Below are positions 17,485 to 24,468 of a DNA stretch of 32,000 nt, piece by piece (within the stretch, counting starts at the first letter, position 1; every line of letters begins with the position of its first letter). This stretch comes from Fibrobacter succinogenes subsp. succinogenes S85 (GTDB taxonomy: Bacteria > Fibrobacterota > Fibrobacteria > Fibrobacterales > Fibrobacteraceae). Made by a program: the position numbers and the translations under genes. The notes under the pieces are model-generated. The model ran no database searches. It saw only the letters and a program-made list of their open reading frames with translations, and was not told where the DNA came from. The stretch covers positions 3,270,001 through 3,302,000 of the forward strand of contig NC_017448.1 of NCBI RefSeq assembly GCF_000146505.1. Reading direction: 5' to 3'.

Positions 17485-17529
17485 TCCTTTTTTTGAAGTG
17501 CGAAATTTTCTATCTTTGCGTTCAAATCT

Positions 17530-17570
17530 GTCAGTTCGAAACCCATCCTGACTTAAAACAAAACTAGGAG
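17530..17570 (+). promoter_or_regulatory. preQ1-I (class I) riboswitch-like element in the queF leader
   Basis: The RNA is GUCAG-UUCGAAACCCAUC-CUGAC-UUAAAACAAAACUAGGAG. It has a 5-bp P1, a loop beginning UUCG..AACC, and an A-rich tail ending in ACUAGGAG, which is the queF SD (ATG at 17576). The architecture matches known preQ1-I aptamers (B. subtilis queC, T. tengcongensis) and lies upstream of queuosine genes. Confidence 0.75.
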
Positions 17571-17575
17571 ACTTT

Positions 17576-18052
17576 ATGCGTTCAGAAGCTGAACTCGAAG
17601 GCGTTACGCTGCTCGGCAACAACAAGACCCAGTACAAGACCACTTACAGCCCCGAAGTGCTCGAAAAGTTCCCGAACAAGCATCCGGGTAACGATTACAT
17701 GGTCACGTTCAACTGCCCGGAATTCACGAGCCTTTGCCCGAAAACCGGTCAGCCGGACTTTGCCGAAATCAAGATCAACTACATTCCGGACCAGTATTTG
17801 GTGGAATCCAAGTCGCTCAAGCTTTACATGTTCTCGTTCCGCAATCACGGGGATTTCCATGAAGACTGCGTGAACATCATCATGAAGGACTTGGTGAAAT
17901 TGCTCAACCCGAAGTACATCGAAGTCGAAGGCATCTTTATGCCGCGCGGTGGCATTTCTCTTTATCCGTTTGCAAACTATGGCAAGCCGGGTACCGAATT
18001 CGAAGCTATCGCCAAGACGCGCCTCTTCGCCGCTATCGATAGGAGAAAGTAA
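17576..18052 (+). CDS. queF: NADPH-dependent 7-cyano-7-deazaguanine (preQ0) reductase QueF
   Basis: 158 aa, the unimodular QueF type. Catalytic Cys context is [19 protein letters not shown] and the QueF motif is [20 protein letters not shown]. Confidence 0.92.
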   Translation: MRSEAELEGVTLLGNNKTQYKTTYSPEVLEKFPNKHPGNDYMVTFNCPEFTSLCPKTGQPDFAEIKINYIPDQYLVESKSLKLYMFSFRNHGDFHEDCVNIIMKDLVKLLNPKYIEVEGIFMPRGGISLYPFANYGKPGTEFEAIAKTRLFAAIDRRK

Positions 18053-18054
18053 TC

Positions 18055-18765
18055 GTGCAAAACGAACTCCTTATGATAGCCTCCATTTTTGTGTTCTTTG
18101 GAGGCTTGGTTGTTTTTTTCCGTTTTTTCGGTAAGCAGGGCATTTTTGCCTGGACTGTCATTGCAACGATTGCCGCAAATATCGAAGTCTTGATTCTCGT
18201 GCACGCCTTTGGCCTCGACACGACGCTCGGCAATGTCATTTTCGCATCCTCCTTCCTCGCAACGGACATGATGAGCGAAATCTATGGCAAAAAAGAGGCT
18301 AGCCGCTGCGTGAAAATCGGCATCCTCGCGAATGTGACGTTTATCCTCATTTCGCAGAGCTGGTTCTTGTACATTCCCGCCGAAGGCGATACGATGGCGG
18401 AACCGATCCGTACGGTGTTCTCGAATACGCCCCGCGTGATGTTGGCTAGCTTATTTGCATACGCCATTTGCGAAATGTTCGATGTCTGGGCGTATCATGC
18501 CTGGTGGAAATGGACCGAGAAAAAGTTTAAGGATAAGAAGGGTTACCTGTGGGTCCGCAACAATGGTTCGACGCTTGTAAGCCAGCTGATGAATGTGCTC
18601 GTGTTCAACTTGCTTGCGTTTGCGGGCGTTTTCCCGTGGAATACCATTGGCGAAATTCTCGTGTTTGGCTACGGCATCTTTGTCATCACGACTTTTATGG
18701 ACACTCCGTTTGTGTACCTTGCCCGCCGCATCTCCGAAAAGCACCCGGAACTGCTGAAAGATTAA
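18055..18765 (+). CDS. yhhQ: Queuosine-precursor (preQ0/preQ1) transporter, YhhQ/DUF165 family
   Basis: GTG start 2 nt after the queF stop, with AGGAGAAAG upstream. The 236-aa protein is polytopic and hydrophobic. It has a DUF165-like FLATDMMSEIYGKKEA segment and is linked to queF behind the riboswitch. Confidence 0.8.
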   Translation: MQNELLMIASIFVFFGGLVVFFRFFGKQGIFAWTVIATIAANIEVLILVHAFGLDTTLGNVIFASSFLATDMMSEIYGKKEASRCVKIGILANVTFILISQSWFLYIPAEGDTMAEPIRTVFSNTPRVMLASLFAYAICEMFDVWAYHAWWKWTEKKFKDKKGYLWVRNNGSTLVSQLMNVLVFNLLAFAGVFPWNTIGEILVFGYGIFVITTFMDTPFVYLARRISEKHPELLKD

Positions 18766-18830
18766 GGAATGGCGCTGTTAGCGCTATTTGTCATGCCCTG
18801 CTCCGACAGTGCATCTCCTTTTTGTAGAGC

Positions 18831-18854
18831 AAAAAAAATCCCGCTTTCGCGGGA
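18831..18854 (-). terminator. Rho-independent terminator of the 18864-19745 gene
   Basis: Minus-strand reading is TCCCGC-GAAA-GCGGGA followed by TTTTTTTT, beginning 9 nt after the stop codon. Confidence 0.8.
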
Positions 18855-18863
18855 AGTACATAA

Positions 18864-19745
18864 TTAAAGTTCAATTCCAAGTTTTAGGCTTGCGTCAGCG
18901 TAAAAATAGGGGTTCGTTTCATCTAGGATTTGAAGAAGTATCCCTGAATGGAGAGAAAAATCTATGAAGAACCTGTTGCTGAAGCGTAATGTGTAACCGC
19001 CAGTCAGTGCAAATATGTATTGGGTGATTGATAAGTCAATTGTTACGCCACCATCGGTGGTATAATAATCGTTGTATCTGTAGGAATCGTTGTTTTTTTC
19101 ATAGCGGTCTCTGTATTCAAAACCATAAGAATGATCGGCTTGTATTGTTGCAATTTCTGTGAGGAAACCTGCATGCCAGTTTCCATGAGTTGTGGCGAAT
19201 AGTTTACTGAATTCCAAACCAATGCCGAAGCCTTGGTCGAAATAGCCTCTTTCATAATGAGAATATCCATCATAATAATACTCATGATCGTAATCGTCAA
19301 ATGTTTCATGATTAAAAGGAAAATCATGATTATAATATCTCACATGCGCCTTAACATCAAAATTGCTTCCGACACGGATGGAAACACCGATCATCGGTCC
19401 CCACTGGGCAAAACCTAGCGGATCCATCCAAAAACCGAGCTTGGTTTCTTTAGCCTTCGTCCACCAAACGGAGTTCGGATTCTTTTCGGGCGAAAGCTCT
19501 TGCGGCTTGTTGTCAAGGTTTTCTTTGGTCCCGTTCTTGTACGTGATTTCGCTGATAGATTCTTTCTTTGCCGTGTAAGTCGGGCCTTCGGGATTGTTGA
19601 ATTTCTTGTAGCGGACCGTTGTTTCGTCAATTTCGAGGATGTTTGCTTCTTCGCGGGTTCCGTTTTTCATGGAGATGATATCTTGCGCGAAGGAAGGGAT
19701 GGCAAATGCTGTGGCTAATGCGAGCGAAATTATAGTTTTTCCCAT
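18864..19745 (-). CDS. Secreted / outer-membrane hypothetical protein, Tyr/Asp/His-rich
   Basis: ATG 19745 has AGGAA 6 nt upstream and a Sec signal MGKTIISLALATAFAIPSFA-QD. The C-terminal half has alternating aromatic and polar residues, suggestive of a beta-barrel. GC is clearly lower than in neighbouring genes. No family recognised. Confidence 0.65.
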   Translation of the reverse strand: MGKTIISLALATAFAIPSFAQDIISMKNGTREEANILEIDETTVRYKKFNNPEGPTYTAKKESISEITYKNGTKENLDNKPQELSPEKNPNSVWWTKAKETKLGFWMDPLGFAQWGPMIGVSIRVGSNFDVKAHVRYYNHDFPFNHETFDDYDHEYYYDGYSHYERGYFDQGFGIGLEFSKLFATTHGNWHAGFLTEIATIQADHSYGFEYRDRYEKNNDSYRYNDYYTTDGGVTIDLSITQYIFALTGGYTLRFSNRFFIDFSLHSGILLQILDETNPYFYADASLKLGIEL

Positions 19746-19929
19746 AAAAAAGTTCCTGGTTAGGGGTATTTTTGAATCTGCTGAATTGTAAAAAAAAACT
19801 AACATGCGTAAACTATACAAATGGGCATTTGAATCCGGCTCAATATCGCAATGTGATTTAGATTAATTGCGTTGGGCGTGTAAATTTGTATATTATCTTT
19901 ATCAAACCAAAAACTTTAAAGAGGGTTTT

Positions 19930-20358
19930 ATGAAGTTTTCACATGCTTTGATTTTGGCTAGCTCCCTTGCTTTCTTTGCTTGCGGTGGCGATGATGATGA
20001 TTCCCCGGCTGGTCCGTCCAAGACCACTTATGACTGCTCTGTAAAGGGTGGTGTTAAGGTTGTTTCTCCGACTGTTAGCGAAACCTTTAAGGTTGGTGAT
20101 GAAATTACGGTCGTTTTCGGTACGGATGTCGAAGACAATGGCTACCGCATCATCTTCAAGAACGGAACTTCTGATCAAGGCTTTGATTTGCTCGATGAAG
20201 CTTACGACGCTGTAATGGATGGCAAGACCTGTAACGAAGTGAAGGTCAAGCTTGATGCCGACAGAGGCGTTGAAGCTACCATGCACGCTATTATTCGCGT
20301 TGCTCCGTACAACAAGCAGAATCAGGGCAACAACTCCGAACTCTTCATTGTTAAGTAA
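19930..20358 (+). CDS. Small lipoprotein (142 aa), function unknown
   Basis: ATG 19930 is preceded by AAAGAGGG. The signal is the lipobox MKFSHALILASSLAFFAC followed by GGDDDD. The stop TAA shares its last A with the ATG of the next gene (TAATG). Confidence 0.75.
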   Translation: MKFSHALILASSLAFFACGGDDDDSPAGPSKTTYDCSVKGGVKVVSPTVSETFKVGDEITVVFGTDVEDNGYRIIFKNGTSDQGFDLLDEAYDAVMDGKTCNEVKVKLDADRGVEATMHAIIRVAPYNKQNQGNNSELFIVK

Positions 20359-21404
20359 TGAACCTCCAGTTCAACGATTCTAGTATCACCGTAGCCGTTG
20401 TTGGTTGCGGTGGTTTTATTGGTTGTCACCTTCTCGACGCTATTTTGACGCGCACCAAGTGGCGCGTTTTTGGCGTTGATTTGGATTTTTATAGAATCCA
20501 GCACCGGCTGAACGACGAACGGTGCGAGTTCATGGTCGCAGACCTTGCCGATAAGAGCGTCGTTGAACGAATTGCAAAATATCCGATTGTCGTGAATTTG
20601 GCTGCAATTTGCGTGCCGAGCCGCTACATGGCAGAAGCCCCCGAAGTCATTCGCAGCAATTACGACCATCCGGCTGCGTTGGCCGATGCTTGTGCAAAGT
20701 CGGGCTCCTGGCTGATTCATTTTTCGACGTCCGAGATTTACGGGCGCACGTCGGCCGATTCGGGCTTGCTCGTTGAAGATGAATCCGAGCTTACTTTTGG
20801 GCCGGTAATGGCGAGCCGCTGGAGCTATGCGACTGCAAAACTTTTGACGGAACGTTATATTGCAGGTCTCCAGAATTTGAAGTGGACCGTGGTTCGACCG
20901 TTCAACTTTGTCGGACCTTTCATGGATTTTATGCCGGGCGTCGATGGCTCGGGCATTCCACGAGTGCTTGCTAATTTCTCGTCGGCGCTTGTTCGCGGCG
21001 AGCCGCTGAAGCTTGTGAATGGCGGTGTTGCAAAGCGCAGTTTCACGAGCGTCTTTGATGCGGTCGATTTTATGTTCGCGCTTTTTGAAGCGTGTGATGT
21101 CGCCTTCTCGCAGGCGTTTAACATCGGGAACCCGGATAACGAACTCACGATTGCAGAGCTCGCCAATAAAATGTGCAAGATCTTTGCCGAAATTAAGGGC
21201 GTGAGTGTAGAAACGATTCCTGAGCCGGAAGTTGTGTCTGGCGTGGAATATTACGGCGAAGGTTACGAAGATTCCATGCGCCGTTTGCCGTCTGTCGAAA
21301 AAGCGGAACGTTTGCTCGGCTTTAAGGCCAAGACTCCGATTGACGTTGTTTTGCGCGAATCGTTGACGTGGTTTGTAAATCACTATGGATGTGAAATCAA
21401 TTGA
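20358..21404 (+). CDS. NAD-dependent UDP-glucuronate decarboxylase, ArnA C-terminal-domain type (stand-alone)
   Basis: Rossmann motif VGCGGFIGCHL. ArnA-type catalytic segments are FSTSEIYG (ArnA STSEVYG), YATAKLLTERY (ArnA YSVSKQLLDRV) and YYGEGYEDSMRRLPS (ArnA YYGKGYQDVEHRKPS). There is no N-terminal formyltransferase domain. Confidence 0.8.
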   Translation: MNLQFNDSSITVAVVGCGGFIGCHLLDAILTRTKWRVFGVDLDFYRIQHRLNDERCEFMVADLADKSVVERIAKYPIVVNLAAICVPSRYMAEAPEVIRSNYDHPAALADACAKSGSWLIHFSTSEIYGRTSADSGLLVEDESELTFGPVMASRWSYATAKLLTERYIAGLQNLKWTVVRPFNFVGPFMDFMPGVDGSGIPRVLANFSSALVRGEPLKLVNGGVAKRSFTSVFDAVDFMFALFEACDVAFSQAFNIGNPDNELTIAELANKMCKIFAEIKGVSVETIPEPEVVSGVEYYGEGYEDSMRRLPSVEKAERLLGFKAKTPIDVVLRESLTWFVNHYGCEIN

Positions 21405-22149
21405 TTATTTTATCTTCGTTCCTGCGTACAACGTTGAAAGTACGCTTGGCGAAGTTCTCTGCAAAATTGAAGAATCTGTTTTGGCACGTGCGCATGTGCT
21501 TGTGATTGACGATGGTTCGCGTGATGGAACGGCGCAAGCGTATGATCGCTTTATGTCAAGTTGCGTGGAAAATGCGGAGAGCGCGGAAAATGCGCGCAAT
21601 CTCAAATCGCATTTTGAATATTTTAAATTTGAACAAAATTGCGGCTACGGTGCTGTTGTCAAAAAAGGGCTGGCTGAGGGGATTGCTTCTGGTGCGGCGT
21701 TTGTCGCTTGCTTGCACGGAGACGGGCAATATCCTGCTGAAAAGTTGGGCGAGTTCTTTGCTGAAATGGAAAATTGCAATCTTGATTTGTTGCAAGGCTC
21801 GCGCCATGCAATAGCGGGGGACGCAAAGCGTGGTGGTATGCCTTTGTACAAGCGCGTTGGCGGAGCTTTCTTGACTTCGCTAGAGAATTTGGCATTCCGT
21901 GTGAAACTTACAGATCGTCACAGTGGCTTTATCGTTTATTCTTCGCGGTTCCTAAAAACCGTTGATCTGAATCGCTTGAGCATGTCGTTTGATATTGATT
22001 TGGAACTGATTGCGATTGCCGATGCTCGCCGTTTTGCGATTGCGGAACTCCCGATCCCGACGCGTTACGCCGATGAAAAATCGAACCTCAACGTAGTCAC
22101 GTACGGCATGCGCGTTTTGCGCCAAATCTGGCGAAGAATGCTTTTTTAG
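21385..22149 (+). CDS. Family 2 glycosyltransferase (polyprenyl-phosphate sugar transferase-like)
   Basis: GT2 N-terminus FIFVPAYNVESTLGEVL...VLVIDDGSRDGT, and later the LHGDGQYP motif. It overlaps the preceding gene by 20 nt. Confidence 0.8.
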   Translation: MDVKSIDYFIFVPAYNVESTLGEVLCKIEESVLARAHVLVIDDGSRDGTAQAYDRFMSSCVENAESAENARNLKSHFEYFKFEQNCGYGAVVKKGLAEGIASGAAFVACLHGDGQYPAEKLGEFFAEMENCNLDLLQGSRHAIAGDAKRGGMPLYKRVGGAFLTSLENLAFRVKLTDRHSGFIVYSSRFLKTVDLNRLSMSFDIDLELIAIADARRFAIAELPIPTRYADEKSNLNVVTYGMRVLRQIWRRMLF

Positions 22150-22203
22150 TATTTTCTCTCGTCTTTCGTCTCTCGTCTTTCATCTAAAACATATATTATA
22201 AGC

Positions 22204-23115
22204 ATGGTTAAAGATTTAATTCATGCTTTAAATGGTGTTCTGCTAGGTAAGCAGGATCAGGTGGAAATGCTTGTGATGGCGCTCCTTGCCGATGGTCACG
22301 TGCTTATCGAGGATGTGCCGGGAACGGGCAAGACGACGATTGCAAAGGCGCTTGCCGCAGCGATTGGCGCGGATTTTGCGCGTATCCAGTTTACGCCGGA
22401 CTTGCTCCCTGCCGATGTGACGGGTGGCGCTGTGTTCAAGGCGAATACGGGCGAGTTTGAAATTCGAAAGGGGCCGGTCTTTACGCAGGTGCTCTTGGCG
22501 GATGAAATCAACCGAGCGTCTCCGCGAACGCAGAGCTCGCTTTTGGAAGCGATGGAAGAGCGCCAGGTCTCGCTGGAAGGTGAGCGCCATGCGCTCCCGA
22601 AACTTTTCATGGTGCTTGCAACCGAGAATCCTGTGGAATTTCATGGCGTGTTTCCGTTACCTGAAGCGCAAATGGATAGATTCTTGGTGCGCCTTTCCCT
22701 TGGGTATCCGACGGCGGAAACGGAACTTGGCATTTTGCGTGCGCATCGCGATGGACGACCGCTTGATACGCTCAAGGCGGTGACAACTCCCGATGAAATT
22801 ATTGCAGTGCGGAATGATGTTCGCAAAATTCACATTGATGAATCGCTTGAAATGTACGTGGTTTCGCTAGTGCAGGCGTCGCGTGTGAATCCGGCGGTGC
22901 GTTTGGCGGCAAGTCCGCGTGCGGGAATCAACCTCATCAAGATGGCGCAAGCTTGCGCGTATGTCGCGGGTCGCAATTTCGTGAATCCCGATGACATCCA
23001 GCATGTGTTCTTCCCGGTGATGGAACATCGTGTGTTTGCTAAAGATTCGAACACGCCCGGCGCCTCCAGACAAATTCTCGAAGGCATCTTGAAACAGGTG
23101 AAAATACCGAAATAA
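22204..23115 (+). CDS. MoxR-family AAA+ ATPase
   Basis: Walker A is VPGTGKTT and Walker B is VLLADEINRASP. MoxR hallmarks are IQFTPDLLPADVTG and ATENPVEFHGVFPLPEAQMDRF. Confidence 0.92.
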   Translation: MVKDLIHALNGVLLGKQDQVEMLVMALLADGHVLIEDVPGTGKTTIAKALAAAIGADFARIQFTPDLLPADVTGGAVFKANTGEFEIRKGPVFTQVLLADEINRASPRTQSSLLEAMEERQVSLEGERHALPKLFMVLATENPVEFHGVFPLPEAQMDRFLVRLSLGYPTAETELGILRAHRDGRPLDTLKAVTTPDEIIAVRNDVRKIHIDESLEMYVVSLVQASRVNPAVRLAASPRAGINLIKMAQACAYVAGRNFVNPDDIQHVFFPVMEHRVFAKDSNTPGASRQILEGILKQVKIPK

Positions 23116-23235
23116 AAATCAACCTCGCAACCCCAAAGCGCCTTTGGCGCGACCCCATACCTCATAACCTGCATGTCCCTTTTCCGTTTTTTCATAAACG
23201 CTATTCCAAGAAGTCCCAAGCGCAAGGGACTCTTG

Positions 23236-24468
23236 ATGCGTTTGTACTACATTTGGCAAGAAGGCTTTACGCAGGTGGGGCATGCAGCGGCAACGCTGAT
23301 GTTGTTCTCAATGTTTGCTGGTGCGGTGCCTGGATTCTGGGCGGCGTGGGTGTTTTGCGGTTTGGATTTCATGTATTTCTTAGCGCTTGTGCCATGCCTT
23401 TTCATGACCGTACGCAAGAGCAAGTTCAAGACTGGTGACATTTCTGTTCGGAATGTTTACGAGGGCGAAACGTTGACCATTGACTTGCACGTTACTGCTG
23501 AAGACAAGCTAAATGCAGTGTCGCTTGGATGTTTCCGTATGGATCCATCGCTCAAATGCGAAGAGTCTACGCTTGTGGCGATTGCTGCTGGCGAGATGGC
23601 AAAACTTACTTGCAAAATCCAGACGAAAAAACGCGGCGCATTTGAAATCCCAAAAGTGTCTGTGATTATCCCGGAAATCAATGGCGCTTTGCGTTATGCG
23701 GCAAATGTCGGGAAAGCGGAATTGCTTGTGTTTCCGCGACCGTTTCGCGTGGGAACGTTCTCATTTTTGACATCGGGCGCGAGCGGTGTTGTATTTGCGC
23801 CGCTGTTGATGCCGAGTCTTACGCGCGGGATGGATTTTCTGGGCGTGCGAGAATACCGCGAGGGCGATTCCTTGCGCGATTTGCATCACAAGGCTTTTGC
23901 ACGTTACGGCAAGCCATTCACGAAGGAGTTTGAAACGGAACGTGGCGCGGGTGCGATTCTCGTGCTGGATGTGACGGCTCGTAGTTTGCGCGAAAAATCA
24001 GCCGTTGAAATGCTAATTCGTTTGGCGGCTGGCGTAGGCTTGTGGCTTTTGGAACGTAAGGCACTTGGGCGATTCTTCATTGGCGATGACGAAATTGCGC
24101 TTGTGCAGGGTGATGGCGGGGTGAGCTTCTTGGAAGCGCTTGCGCGGATCCCGGCTGCGTCTTGGCTGGAAACGCGCGCATCTCGGAATGCGACCGGTGC
24201 GCAGAAGCTTTGGTCGCCAGCGGCGCGCCCGCTTGGCCCTGTGCTTCGCATGGGGCTTTTCGCGACTGAAGATCCGCTTGTGCATAAGCAGGTGATTTTG
24301 GATGCGCATTCCAAGTTGACGGACGAATCAAAGACCGCAATTTCTGACGATGTTTTGTCTGTGAACGCAGCGCATCTTGAAAAAGCGTTTCAAGAACGTT
24401 TGCGTCGTGAACGAACGATTTCCGAGCGTCCACTTGGAAATTCTCGCGAAGCGGAGGTGAGTCTATGA
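23236..24468 (+). CDS. DUF58 domain-containing membrane protein (MoxR partner)
   Basis: DUF58 core motif FLGVREYREGDSLRDLHHKAFARYGKPFTKEFE, with two N-terminal hydrophobic helices. ATG 23236 has AAGGGA 6 nt upstream. The ORF extends to ATG 23173 but has no SD there. Confidence 0.82.
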   Translation: MRLYYIWQEGFTQVGHAAATLMLFSMFAGAVPGFWAAWVFCGLDFMYFLALVPCLFMTVRKSKFKTGDISVRNVYEGETLTIDLHVTAEDKLNAVSLGCFRMDPSLKCEESTLVAIAAGEMAKLTCKIQTKKRGAFEIPKVSVIIPEINGALRYAANVGKAELLVFPRPFRVGTFSFLTSGASGVVFAPLLMPSLTRGMDFLGVREYREGDSLRDLHHKAFARYGKPFTKEFETERGAGAILVLDVTARSLREKSAVEMLIRLAAGVGLWLLERKALGRFFIGDDEIALVQGDGGVSFLEALARIPAASWLETRASRNATGAQKLWSPAARPLGPVLRMGLFATEDPLVHKQVILDAHSKLTDESKTAISDDVLSVNAAHLEKAFQERLRRERTISERPLGNSREAEVSL

